Below are positions 40,214-51,200 of a stretch of DNA of 64,000 nucleotides, in pieces. The notes beneath the pieces are model-generated. The model was not told where the DNA came from, did no database searches, and worked only from the letters and a program-made list of their open reading frames with translations. Source of the DNA: a virus; the IMG/VR virus record IMGVR_UViG_3300045988_178965, positions 1 to 64,000 of that record. One strand, 5' to 3'. Each line of letters begins with the position of its first letter. The stretch's first letter is position 1. The position numbers were made by a program, and so were the translations under genes.

Positions 40214-42837
40214 TAAAAGACTATTTTAACTCATACTCTATTTATTCAAAGCGTCTTCCAGGATGGAGAGAACAGCTATTGTCTGATATTAAAACAAGGG
40301 CAGACAAAATTGCTACATCTGTTAATGATTCGAATAATAGAGTTGCTATGGCAATAGGTAAATTTGCAGAGGGCGTATCTGATATAAGGGAACAGATGTC
40401 AGAAGTGTCTGACTTGTATTTAACAGTTTCTACTATAAGCGGCAATACGAATAAGCAGTTCGGCATTAACAATATGCCAATCCTAAAAAATAGCGGAATT
40501 GTTATAAGTGGTAGCACAATCTCTCTGCAGACAAAAACATTCTCGCCAGTCCCTATTATTGATGTAAAAATCAGTACAAATGGGCAAGAAGGGAATTCTG
40601 CCGATTTTGATATTCCAAGATATAATGACAAAAATACAATTATATCAGACACCCAGTATGAAATAGAGAAATTTGACTCTGCTATCACGGCGGTTCTTAC
40701 AATTAATCTGCGTGATGTAAATCAGGTAAATAGAATATCGTTAATACATTCTGAATATGGTATTGATAAACCGACAGTGATGTATCTTGAGGTTTCACCT
40801 GATGGCAAACGTTTTTATAGGTCAGACTTCTCAGTGCAAGAGGTAAATGGCGTATCTCAAATAAATTTCCCAGGAGTTAATGCTACATCTGTTAAAGTAT
40901 CTTTTTTACAGAATAATCCATACACCTCAAAGAGTGGACAAACAAGATACGCTATAGGTGTTAAAAACTTGTCTATAGGTATCGCTACATCGATAGAAAG
41001 CGGAGAGGTTGTATTTGGACCTATTACACAGAAAGAAGAAATCTTAAAGGCATCAATTGCTGCATCAATTCCTACTGACAAATATTCTTTTGAAAATATC
41101 GCATTTGAAATCAGTAACGACTCTTCTACATGGTATCAAGTTTCTACACCATTCTCAGTAAGTGATCATCCTAAGCACCTAGATTTTAATACCAAGTCAG
41201 AAAATTCTATTAATACGAAGACTCCTGTAACTACATTATTCTTTAGAATAAGAATGACCGGCAGTAAACATAGCTTACCGCTTATGGCATCTAGTATTGA
41301 TAGACATATACAACAGGTTAGTCAACAGTCTCCTGTAATACAGGTTCCATTTGATTTGTCTGATAAATATATAGTATCAGAAAGACTTGGATATCAATTC
41401 GGAGAAAGAGGATCTTACTTTCTATATAACGACAATGAGAATCTTCTAGACTCTATTAGTTCAATAAAATCTGGACCAGATAGTCTTATTAAAACAGTTG
41501 CACCTATGAAAAACATTACAAGGGCAACAATAAGAGCTAACAAAATTAAATGCGCAATCGAAGGTGGGGAGATTTATAGGATCGTTCCTCCATATGCTAT
41601 TGACCCTAAATCAGCAAAAGCATATAAAGCTTCACTTCCAGTTAAAAGGGAGGTTAGAATATCGGACAGCAACAATATGGTTATACCATTTAAAGAACCT
41701 GCCGGTATATATACTCTTACAGATGGTGAAAATACAAGAAGGCTTAATCTGACATTAGGTGCATTTACATCTTGCTATGAGTGGGTATTTATGCCTTCTG
41801 ACAGAACAGTATCATTAACTGACCCATTTGGCAAAAAGGTTATGGAGTTTGAAGCAGGTAAAACTATAAACCTGTTAGATTATTTTACTGCAACCATACC
41901 GACAAGTTCAGATAAATCTAATATTAACTTAGTATTTAATAGTAGATACCCAGATGTTCTATTAAATGAAGGCGAATTTACTATTATAGATGGTAAGTTT
42001 TATTCGTCCTCTCATTCAGCCATTATAGATGGTATGTATATAAACTACGAAGAAATACCTTTGGTTATGAGATCCAATATTAACGGTATTGATTTATATA
42101 CAGAGGAAGCCAAGTTTTCAAGATCAAAAGAAAAACTGTCCAAGTTTGACGGACAGACATCTGCGAAACTTGAGCATTCTGGCCTCTTAAAAGGCGGGCT
42201 GAAATTTACAAATAAATCATCATCTCTTTTATCATTTGTAAAAGAGGTTCCATATATAAATGGTATTGATGAGTTTAAATCTTCAAGTAAGGCAAATATA
42301 CTTATTCCAAAATCTGTAAATAGATTTAGTCTTGGCAGACTTGTAAATCACTTCGAAGATATTGAAGTCACTGGCGGTGTTGAGCAATTAAGTTCAAAAG
42401 TTTTCAGTAGAGATGAATTAATCTATCGCGGCGACTATATGCTTGAAGATATAGGCAACGAGACATTCGTTCAGCTACCAGATGGCATCAAAACAGACGA
42501 TATTATTGATACATTTATATCTGTAAATATCGCAGACTCAAACGGCTCAAGTGGGTTATACTCTATTGACTATACAAACGGTATGCTGTATTCTCAATCT
42601 ACAATTAGTGGCGAGTCAGAGGTGGAATATATCTATTCAAATATCTTTATATCGGGCTTTCCAATTAAAGTTCTGGATAAGAAATCATACACGGTAAATG
42701 AGCGTCAAGTAGAACTAAAAGATGCAACAATGGACACTGAGTATGTTGTACTATCGGAAAGTAAAACAGATAAAAGTGCAGAAATTTTACGCTCTCCAAC
42801 ATTAAAGAATTTAACATTAAACACAGTAACGGTATAA
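40210..42837 (+). CDS. large tail protein (875 aa), possible carbohydrate-binding jelly-roll domain
   Basis: The segment NRISLIHSEYGIDKPTVMYLEVSPDGKRFYRSDF...ATSVKVSFLQN resembles discoidin/F5-8-type-C-like domains. The call is weak. Confidence 0.5.
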   Translation: MIKDYFNSYSIYSKRLPGWREQLLSDIKTRADKIATSVNDSNNRVAMAIGKFAEGVSDIREQMSEVSDLYLTVSTISGNTNKQFGINNMPILKNSGIVISGSTISLQTKTFSPVPIIDVKISTNGQEGNSADFDIPRYNDKNTIISDTQYEIEKFDSAITAVLTINLRDVNQVNRISLIHSEYGIDKPTVMYLEVSPDGKRFYRSDFSVQEVNGVSQINFPGVNATSVKVSFLQNNPYTSKSGQTRYAIGVKNLSIGIATSIESGEVVFGPITQKEEILKASIAASIPTDKYSFENIAFEISNDSSTWYQVSTPFSVSDHPKHLDFNTKSENSINTKTPVTTLFFRIRMTGSKHSLPLMASSIDRHIQQVSQQSPVIQVPFDLSDKYIVSERLGYQFGERGSYFLYNDNENLLDSISSIKSGPDSLIKTVAPMKNITRATIRANKIKCAIEGGEIYRIVPPYAIDPKSAKAYKASLPVKREVRISDSNNMVIPFKEPAGIYTLTDGENTRRLNLTLGAFTSCYEWVFMPSDRTVSLTDPFGKKVMEFEAGKTINLLDYFTATIPTSSDKSNINLVFNSRYPDVLLNEGEFTIIDGKFYSSSHSAIIDGMYINYEEIPLVMRSNINGIDLYTEEAKFSRSKEKLSKFDGQTSAKLEHSGLLKGGLKFTNKSSSLLSFVKEVPYINGIDEFKSSSKANILIPKSVNRFSLGRLVNHFEDIEVTGGVEQLSSKVFSRDELIYRGDYMLEDIGNETFVQLPDGIKTDDIIDTFISVNIADSNGSSGLYSIDYTNGMLYSQSTISGESEVEYIYSNIFISGFPIKVLDKKSYTVNERQVELKDATMDTEYVVLSESKTDKSAEILRSPTLKNLTLNTVTV

Positions 42838-42838
42838 A

Positions 42839-44575
42839 ATGAATAAAGTAGAAGAAGCTATTTACAATTTAAATTCATTCCAAGCTTCATCTGCTGGAAC
42901 TCAAATACCAGATATTGGTGATGAGTATACTGAAGCTGGATTAAATAAAATTCTAAAAGAATGGTATGACATCCTATTTTGCAATCAGGATAAAATGGAT
43001 GAATTGCTGCCGAGAATAGAGAAGTTTGAAATTAAATCATCTGACTATATAAGAGACATTAAAACAAGGCTGGCTAAGGCATCGTCTGATGCCAAGGCCG
43101 CAAATGTCGCAGATAGGTCAATCACTAAATATACAAAAGCTGTTTATTATTCTCCATCTTCTATTTCATACATAGAGGATGAGACAACTGCTTATGTTGA
43201 TGGTGGAAAAATTGTTGGGGTAAAAGAATCTGATACGTTTGAAAAATCTGAATCTTCCATTATTTCCAATAATACCAATTCAGGAATATCCTGCTATATA
43301 TTTGATAATAATAAGAAGATTGATTTGGTGTGGACCGTTGATAGCGGAGAGGCACAAAATCGCAACATCCTAAATTCAAACGTTAAGTCAACTATATCTT
43401 ACTCTTCATTAAATGGCGGAAGCAAAAGCTTTATACTAGATATTGATAGAAAAGAATACGGCGTATTTAATAATATTCAATTAAAAACAAAACGGGCGTA
43501 TGTATATACAATTTACACAAGCAATGATTCGATAGGCTATAATAGGATAACAGATAGAGTCCTAACAAATAGTCTAAATGAATCAATTGGTGAAACTAAC
43601 GACCGTTATGTTCGTATAGTTATTGATCTTGATAAAAGCTCAGACTACATATCCGGAAGATACATTTACAATGTAGAGATAAGTTCTTTCCATATAGCAG
43701 TAAAAAGATACTCCACCCCAACAGAATACGTTACAGGCGATATTCCTATTAGAGCCACTGGTGAGTTTGTAGCAATAGATACTTGTGATAATTACCAGTC
43801 TAAAAATGTTGATATGCACTATCAGATCTCAATTAATGGTGGCGCATATAAAGACATTAAACCTCTCAGGAAGTTATCAAAAACTGGTAGGTCAATTAGG
43901 AGCATTTTGCCAATAAATGACTATTCTGATAATAACATTGTTACGTTACACTCCCATACTAGAGATTCTGATGGGAACACTTTCACGACTGAAATAGATC
44001 CAGCATTACTAGAGACAAATATCTTTAAGTATTACGATGCCACAAATCCTATATCCGTTAAAGGTAATGTAGTATCTGCATCCGGTATAGCTATTTCAGA
44101 AAAGGTTGTAAACTTTAAGGATACATACTTCGTAAATGGTGTACCATTCTCTGGCGAATCTACTATTTATACAGGGTTTAACAGTTTATCATTCCCTGCT
44201 GACAATTATGTCGAAATTTATGACGTAACTAAATACACTCTAGTATCTTTTAAATCCGGGGAGTTTAGGGTTGTGGATACGGCCGGCGAAGAACATACAA
44301 TCGTAGATGAAGACTGGGAGAAAAACCCATTCACTTCTATTGTTCTATCGCTTAAATATATCCTTGGTAGAGAACTAGAGTACGGCAAAGATATTAATAC
44401 TAGAAAATCAGAGAATGGATACCAGCTAAAAACATCAGAGAATGTAAAAGCTCTATATGTAGCTGCCAGACAAAAGAATGCTATTATTAATACCGCCAGA
44501 ATTAAGATAAAGATGAAAACCTTGGATGGATACACTAAACCTAATGTATCCAGGATTTTAATTAAGGTAGCATAA
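42839..44575 (+). CDS. hypothetical tail protein (578 aa)
   Basis: ORF starts 2 nt after the previous stop and ends in a TAATG overlap with the collagen-like gene. Confidence 0.5.
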   Translation: MNKVEEAIYNLNSFQASSAGTQIPDIGDEYTEAGLNKILKEWYDILFCNQDKMDELLPRIEKFEIKSSDYIRDIKTRLAKASSDAKAANVADRSITKYTKAVYYSPSSISYIEDETTAYVDGGKIVGVKESDTFEKSESSIISNNTNSGISCYIFDNNKKIDLVWTVDSGEAQNRNILNSNVKSTISYSSLNGGSKSFILDIDRKEYGVFNNIQLKTKRAYVYTIYTSNDSIGYNRITDRVLTNSLNESIGETNDRYVRIVIDLDKSSDYISGRYIYNVEISSFHIAVKRYSTPTEYVTGDIPIRATGEFVAIDTCDNYQSKNVDMHYQISINGGAYKDIKPLRKLSKTGRSIRSILPINDYSDNNIVTLHSHTRDSDGNTFTTEIDPALLETNIFKYYDATNPISVKGNVVSASGIAISEKVVNFKDTYFVNGVPFSGESTIYTGFNSLSFPADNYVEIYDVTKYTLVSFKSGEFRVVDTAGEEHTIVDEDWEKNPFTSIVLSLKYILGRELEYGKDINTRKSENGYQLKTSENVKALYVAARQKNAIINTARIKIKMKTLDGYTKPNVSRILIKVA

Positions 44576-45489
44576 TGCAGTTAGATTTAAAACTGAAACA
44601 AGCCGCATTCTTCTTCGTCAACGGAATTTCTGTCAAAAAGGAATTTTCAACATTCAATGTTGACAATGGTGATACTGCAGCTTTAATTTCAATAGTCAGA
44701 GGGATTGAAGGCAAAAGGATTGAATCCTCAGTACCTGCCGCATCTATACGAGCAATTGTTACTCCATCTGGCGGAGGTGGAGGCGGAGGAAGTGGTAGTC
44801 CGGGTCCTCAGGGCCCTCAGGGGCCACAAGGCCCAATGGGTCCAGTAGGTCCAGTAGGACCGATGGGACCATCAGGTGCAACTGGTCAACCAGGCCCACA
44901 GGGACAACCTGGCCCGCAAGGACAGACAGGACCTAAAGGTGACACCGGACCAGCAGGGGCAAATGGACTACCTGGCCCTAAAGGCGAGCGTGGTGCAGAC
45001 GGTTTACCTGGTGCAAAAGGAGAGGCCGGAGAACGCGGAAAAGACGGCAAATCTGCTTATGAGATTGCTGTTGAGCATGGCTTTGTTGGAGATGAAGTGC
45101 AGTGGCTTGAAAGCCTAAAAGGACGTAACGGTGAACGCGGCCAAGATGGTCCGGCCGGCCCTAAAGGGGATAAAGGCGAGCCATTTAAATTCTCTGACTT
45201 TACTTCCGAACAGTTAGAGTCACTAAAAGGACCCAAAGGGGACACAGGTCCAGCCGGACCTCCAGGACCTAAAGGTGATGCCGGCACTGGTCAAAATGGA
45301 GCTACTCCAGACCTCTCTCTAAAGATTGCTAAATTCTACAATACTACCGATGATATGAACGCAGACTCTGCTATAGAAGAAGGAACATTCGTTGGAGTTT
45401 TGGACAGAGAGGGTAATCAGGAAAACTCTATTATATACAGAAAGGTTAACGGACTTATGGAAGAAATAGTTAACTTTTCAGAAATCTAA
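44575..45489 (+). CDS. collagen-like tail fibre protein
   Basis: A Gly6 run, then 28 uninterrupted G-X-Y triplets (nt ~44769-45050). These are interrupted by [26 protein letters not shown], then two further blocks of 7 triplets. Confidence 0.75.
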   Translation: MQLDLKLKQAAFFFVNGISVKKEFSTFNVDNGDTAALISIVRGIEGKRIESSVPAASIRAIVTPSGGGGGGGSGSPGPQGPQGPQGPMGPVGPVGPMGPSGATGQPGPQGQPGPQGQTGPKGDTGPAGANGLPGPKGERGADGLPGAKGEAGERGKDGKSAYEIAVEHGFVGDEVQWLESLKGRNGERGQDGPAGPKGDKGEPFKFSDFTSEQLESLKGPKGDTGPAGPPGPKGDAGTGQNGATPDLSLKIAKFYNTTDDMNADSAIEEGTFVGVLDREGNQENSIIYRKVNGLMEEIVNFSEI

Positions 45490-45528
45490 GTCCGAACTAT
45501 CTAAACGTATATAAAGGTAATATATAAA

Positions 45529-46845
45529 ATGAACGTTTTACAATTAATGGCATTGCAATTCAAAAAGATTTCGCAGAGCCTAAACGCTTTAAAGTCCAAA
45601 GATAAAGAGCTAGAAGAGAAGGTTGCATCTCTAGAAACTTCAGCTGGTTCTGGTCAAAAAGGTGCGGACGGAAAATCGGCCTATGAGATTGCAAAAGAAA
45701 ATGGTTACACCGGCACAAAAGAAGAGTGGCTGCTATCACTAAAAGGCGATAGGGGACTACAAGGCCCGCCAGGCCCACAAGGGGAACGCGGAACTGATGG
45801 TCTTCCTGGGCCCAAGGGTGACAGAGGTGATGCAGGTGAACGAGGACCAGAAGGACAACGTGGCGAACCAGGTCAGCAAGGCATGCAAGGATTCCAAGGT
45901 GTACAGGGTATACAGGGAGAACGTGGCGAACGGGGAAGCCCATTTTCTATTTATAGAACCTTTAAAACAAAAGAACAGCTTAAGGCATATACAGGTATAC
46001 CAGAAGGCGGAATGGCAGTCGTAGCCTCTGACAATCCTGATACAGACGAAGATAATGGTAGATTGTATGTTCGAACTGCAGAAGGATGGGACTTCCTTTT
46101 AGACCTATCGGGCGTTAAAGGTATTCAAGGTCCGGCAGGTGAACGTGGCCCACAAGGCATTCAAGGTCCGGCAGGTGTAGGCGTCCCTCAAAAGTTAACA
46201 CTATCCGAAAATACTCTTACCTTATCAGACGGTGGTGGGAGTGTAACGCTACCAAGTTCATCCGGACAGGGAAGCCAATATGAAATCCACGGTACCGGTA
46301 TGCCTAACGGAAATGTTGCCGCTCCAGTAGGTACAACATATGTAGATACCAATGCTACAAATGGCGCTTTAAAATGGATAAAACGAACCGGAACTAATAA
46401 TCAGGGATGGGAAGTTCTAACTGGAGATACTGGATGGCGAACACTCAATATCCATTCAAAACTGGGCGCGTCATACCTAAAAGTTAGACGCAAAAACGAT
46501 ACCGTTATGTATCAATTCGGTGGTCTAAGCTGGGGCTGGTTTGGTATTGTTCGACGTGGTGGACCAGGGTATTCTATCCAGCCATCTGACAGAGAACGAA
46601 ACGTTTTTATTTTAGGTTTGCGAGGAATACCGGAAGGATTTAGATCAGAATTTAGCTTAATTGGCAACATCTACAATGACAAGGGTACACCATATGGTAC
46701 TTGGTACGTTGGAGGACCTACCGATGCGAATATGTTACGTTTCCAATTTACTGACCCTGTTCCTACTGACCGAGATATTGGTGACATTCGTGTAAGCCCT
46801 ATTATGTATCTAACTAGCGAACCTTGGCCTACTGCCTTACCATAA
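45529..46845 (+). CDS. collagen-like tail fibre protein with a globular C-terminal (receptor-binding-type) domain
   Basis: [26 protein letters not shown], followed by 21 G-X-Y triplets (nt ~45745-45940) and a second block of 8. The C-terminal ~190 aa contain GTGMPNGNVAAPVGTTYVDT...GALKWIKRTGTNNQGWEVL, a motif pattern common in fibre tips. Confidence 0.75.
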   Translation: MNVLQLMALQFKKISQSLNALKSKDKELEEKVASLETSAGSGQKGADGKSAYEIAKENGYTGTKEEWLLSLKGDRGLQGPPGPQGERGTDGLPGPKGDRGDAGERGPEGQRGEPGQQGMQGFQGVQGIQGERGERGSPFSIYRTFKTKEQLKAYTGIPEGGMAVVASDNPDTDEDNGRLYVRTAEGWDFLLDLSGVKGIQGPAGERGPQGIQGPAGVGVPQKLTLSENTLTLSDGGGSVTLPSSSGQGSQYEIHGTGMPNGNVAAPVGTTYVDTNATNGALKWIKRTGTNNQGWEVLTGDTGWRTLNIHSKLGASYLKVRRKNDTVMYQFGGLSWGWFGIVRRGGPGYSIQPSDRERNVFILGLRGIPEGFRSEFSLIGNIYNDKGTPYGTWYVGGPTDANMLRFQFTDPVPTDRDIGDIRVSPIMYLTSEPWPTALP

Positions 46846-46866
46846 TTTTAAAAGGAAAATGAAAAA

Positions 46867-47226
46867 ATGAAATTAAGTAAAGAAGGTATTGTTGAGTACG
46901 TAAAGGATGTTATACCTTTATGGGTAAAAGTACTTCCAGCTATTTTTATTTTAGGGCTTACAGCCGCGTTAGTCTATGAATATGGACAAAACCAGTATCA
47001 ACGTGGACGAACTGATGCTGAGGCAATGTATCTTAAAACTTCAACTGATTTAGCAAATAGAATTAGAGGAGTAGAGGGTACATTGCTTACCCAGTTTAGA
47101 GAAGGTAGAAAAGGGCTGCAAGAAATGCTAGATAGTAACAACTCTGAGATACGCTCTCTTATAGTTGACAAAGAATGTGTTTCTGAAGACTTTAAAACTG
47201 AATATAACAAAAGGCTGAAAAAATGA
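46867..47226 (+). CDS. N-terminally anchored membrane protein (i-spanin-like architecture)
   Basis: 119 aa. Single hydrophobic segment IPLWVKVLPAIFILGLTAALVY, then a charged helical tail. ATGA overlap with the downstream lipoprotein gene. Confidence 0.45.
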   Translation: MKLSKEGIVEYVKDVIPLWVKVLPAIFILGLTAALVYEYGQNQYQRGRTDAEAMYLKTSTDLANRIRGVEGTLLTQFREGRKGLQEMLDSNNSEIRSLIVDKECVSEDFKTEYNKRLKK

Positions 47227-47492
47227 AAAGATTATTAATAGTCTTGACAGTATTATCCATGAGTGCTTGTTCTACCTTTGCACAAAAACCTAAAAAAGCA
47301 CAACAAATACAGATAGCAGAAGAAGTAAGACTCGGAAAATGTGAAGAGGAAATACAAGAACTACAAGGAACTACATCAAGAGCATTAATTGAGCATTCAT
47401 TATCGCTTATTGGTAAAGTTCATAATTGCAGACTTGAGAAACAATACCTAGTAAACCTAATCGAAAGTTACAATAAAGAGGTAAATAAATGA
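47223..47492 (+). CDS. small lipoprotein (o-spanin-like, or a superinfection-exclusion lipoprotein)
   Basis: 89 aa. Signal peptide MKRLLIVLTVLSMSA|C with a lipobox-like SMSAC. Confidence 0.5.
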   Translation: MKRLLIVLTVLSMSACSTFAQKPKKAQQIQIAEEVRLGKCEEEIQELQGTTSRALIEHSLSLIGKVHNCRLEKQYLVNLIESYNKEVNK

Positions 47493-47836
47493 AATGGCTG
47501 GTTAAGAAAAAGTACCTAAATGAGTATATTACATTTGAAGGTGTAAATATCGGTACAACCGAAACAGAAATTAAAGTTAGCGATGACAATGGTTCAGCTA
47601 TTCGTGCAGTAAAAAACACTTTATCTCGACTAAAACGCGAAGGACGTATTGAAATCGTATCTGGAGATGTTCCAGAAAAAGTTACAACCGTCTATGCCAA
47701 AAGAGATGAAAGACAAAAGCTTAAAGAAGCCTCTCCGGCAAAACCAGTTCCAGCGGAACCAGCACCAGCAACTAGAGAAGAAGATAGTCGCGAAAATCGT
47801 GGTCCACAAACCGTTGGTCCAGAGGATAGATTATAA
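47489..47836 (+). CDS. small protein, paralog A of a tandem pair
   Basis: 115 aa. The N-terminal ~65 aa align with the next ORF (MKWLVKKKYLNEYITFEGVNI..TEIKV..IRAVKNTLSRLKREGRIEIVSGD). Pro/Ala-rich tail. Confidence 0.5.
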   Translation: MKWLVKKKYLNEYITFEGVNIGTTETEIKVSDDNGSAIRAVKNTLSRLKREGRIEIVSGDVPEKVTTVYAKRDERQKLKEASPAKPVPAEPAPATREEDSRENRGPQTVGPEDRL

Positions 47837-47855
47837 ACAAAGGTAATGTCATAAT

Positions 47856-48239
47856 ATGAAATGGGTAGTTAGAAAACTTCGAAAGAATGATTATATTACT
47901 TTCGAGGGAAAAACAATCAAAGACGAACCAACTGAAATAAGCATTCCTGATAATCCAAGCACAATTCGTTCTGTAAATAATACACTTAATCGCCTTAAGA
48001 ATGAAAACAGAATCGAAGTGCTATCAGGAGAAACTTCAGACGGTAGCAATTCATATATCGGTTCAGGAAACGGGAATATTAAATTGGACGGACCTACCAT
48101 TGATTCTTCTACATCAACTGAGGTTAAAACCGAAGTTACTCCAGATGGAAAAGAAAAAATCATAGAAAAAGTTACTGTTACAAAAATCGTAGATATTAGT
48201 AATAGTACCAAAAACGAGATAGAAAAAATCCTAGCTTAA
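47856..48239 (+). CDS. small protein, paralog B of a tandem pair
   Basis: 127 aa: MKWVVRKLRKNDYITFEGKTI..TEISI..IRSVNNTLNRLKNENRIEVLSGE. Divergent Ser/Thr-rich tail. Confidence 0.5.
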   Translation: MKWVVRKLRKNDYITFEGKTIKDEPTEISIPDNPSTIRSVNNTLNRLKNENRIEVLSGETSDGSNSYIGSGNGNIKLDGPTIDSSTSTEVKTEVTPDGKEKIIEKVTVTKIVDISNSTKNEIEKILA

Positions 48240-48248
48240 GAGGCCAAT

Positions 48249-51200
48249 ATGACAACTCCAAATTTAGATGCAGTAACCCTTTTAATGGCCCAGAAAATTG
48301 CTGCCAATAAAGCTACTCAAAATACAATCAAAGAGACCTTAGAAAAAGTAAAAGAGTCTCAAACCGAGTCAGAAAAGAAAGCAGCAGAAGCTATTCAGAC
48401 TGCCAATACTGTCAGTGGCAAGGTTGCACAAACAGAGCAGGCTATTAATCAAATTAAGCAAGAAGCTCAGGCAACCAAAGAGGAAGTAAAAGTTGCTGCA
48501 ACACAAGCCGCAACGGAAGCTGCTACTCAAGCCGCTACACAGGCAGCAACTCAAACTGCCGAAAGAGTCGTAGGCGAGCAAGTTGCCCAAGAGGTGACTA
48601 GAAAAACTGGTGAAATGGCTCAAGATGTTGCCACTGCAAAATCAACTGCGCAAGAAGCTTTAGCAAAAGCAAACGAAGCTAAAGAGTCTATTGTTCAACC
48701 TAAGGTTGATATTACTGTCGGTGATGAAGGCGACATTAAAGTTAACGATAAGAATACTGGCGTAAAAGTAGTAACACCAAGTACAGTCGAAACTGAAGTG
48801 AGCAAAGCTTTAGGTTCGGAAAATGCCAGTGAAAAGATTCTTAACAAACAAATTGAACAATCTTCAGGTGGAGAAAAATTAAAATCTCCTTTGCGTTTAG
48901 CATTAGAAGCTAATATCTTCTACATTGAAGACGCACTAACAGAAGAGCTACGCAAAAAAGTAACATCACGATACTACGAGCCTTTGGATAAGAAAGCCGA
49001 GGGTAAAGAAGATGCGAAACAAATCGTTCGTTTGATTCAAGAGTGGTACGATAAACTTCCTTCGAACTGCTACATCTCTTCTCGCGGCGGCGTATTCCCT
49101 TTTACCAAAAACAAAGGTTACAAACCTGAATACTACGGTGCAGACAACCGCTCAATCAGACGTAACCGTAATGATCCAATGACATTAGTCGTTCATGGTC
49201 AACAACCATGTGTTTCATTCTACAAATCAATTGGCAATAAATTCGACTTTAAACTTGCCAAGTTTGTAATTGAAGAAGCAGGTCAAGATGCATTCCATCT
49301 TTGCGGCGATTCAGTTGACAATGAGATTATTCACGGCGGTACGATCATATCTCGTGCATATCAAGAGTTTAGCTACAAAAAAGGCGCAGACTTAGATAAA
49401 ATGCTATTCCCACCTATTGATGGATGGACCAAAGAAAATCCTCACATCGGTACAGGTATGGGTGATAAAGGTACAGCTGAAGCAGGCTTCAATACAACTA
49501 CCCAACGTCATGATCTAGCAGGATACATGAATAACGGTTATGAAGCACAAGACATTGAACAACCAGAAGGTTTCAATGAAGAAAAAATCATTCAACTGCT
49601 AAGAGACGGAGCTTCATTACGTTTCCGCAGTGCTGGTGGATACTTCAATGCTCAAGGCGAATCTGCATTCCCACAAGATGATGGAACAACATCAAGAAAA
49701 TGGGGAACATGGCGCGGTGGTCAACATGGTAGCCGTGCATATGGATGGCGTTTATTTGGAACCCGCAATACTGTCATTAGAGACTTCGATGTTCGAGGAT
49801 TAACAGGTGGTGCTATTAACTGTGGCCTATACGGTACACCATCAGGCGAAGCGGTTGATGCCCGAGATTCTGAAGCTGCATTCAGAGCAGGTATTGTTGC
49901 TACTAATACCAAAATTACCGGCGGATACTTTACCCATAACTACACCTGTGGTATCGAATGTATTCGTGCTTCAGGATTTGAACTTACTGGTATTTATGCA
50001 CCAGATTCAGTTGTAGGTCACCCAGATGCACACCTAGAACATACACGTGGCATCGGTGGCGGTACTTCATTAGACCCTGGTTACCAACAATGTACATCAC
50101 GCTATCTGCCTATGGATAACATCTTTATCCACGATAACGTTTTTGGTAGAGGTATGCGTAAGGTAATGGATATCCATACCGGTAACAATGTTCGCATTAT
50201 TAATAATAAAGGTGAAGCTCAATATTACGGTGTATCAACAGTAATCGAAGAGCTATTTGCAGGTAAACTTATTAGCGACACTCCAGGTAGCAAAGATATT
50301 CCAGATCCACATTCTTTCTATTACCAAGATAGCAATATCGAAGTAAGAGGAAATACAATTCTTTCCGGTCAATACGGATTGCATCCTATCAATGGTGCAA
50401 GAGGTGTTAAATTTAGACGCGACGGTAAAAAATGGTGGTTGCGTTGTCACCAAGTATGGGCAGACAATGTCGTATATGCTCCGCGCGGTATGCAATGTAA
50501 CTTCGGTCATAACCACTACTTGATCGAAAACAACCAATTCACATTTGCACTTCCATTCGGTGAATTCTGGGGACAAAGATATATCTCTGCATTGACCATT
50601 ACAAACCCTGGTTCAGGATACACTACACCTCCTAAAGTAATTGTAGAGGGTGGTGGTCCAGAAGCATTCGGTGCTAAAGTAACAGCACAAATAAAAGATG
50701 GTAAAGTTGTAAATCTAAAACTAGACCGTATGGGAAGCCGATTCTCAGAACCACCTACTATCCGATTTGAAGGTGGTGGCGGTTCAGGAGCCGAAGCAAC
50801 TGCATTTGTTAACACTGCAACATACGGCATGCTAGTAGGTTCTGAGCCACATTACGGCGAAATGCTTGGATGCGTTATCTCCAAAAACTGGGTACAAAAC
50901 TCTCCAGAAGGAAACTTTGCTCGTCAAATCCTAGTCGGTAGACTAAAAGGATCTAGCCTTGCATTTAACTACACTGACGTAACTCCATATACAAGCGTAG
51001 AAAAAGGAAGACTTCCATTTGGTGATCCATATGTGTCAAACACTATGAAATATCGAGATGGTATCCAAAGTCTTGGATTCTATGGTGGTAATTTGGAAAC
51101 ATGTGAAGTAATTGGCAACTATGAATATGACCAGCTAAAACAAAGTCTAACTCCTTGGACTGGTAAAAATAGCAACGGTAGTGTACATAAGGGCTATGTA

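Noticed and set aside
44876-46024. Alternate-frame and antisense ORFs across the collagen-like genes (44876-45118, 45057-45287, 45560-45943, 45797-46024).
   Set aside because: The GGN-CCN-NNN periodicity of collagen repeats removes stop codons in other frames. The G-X-Y frame is clearly the real one.
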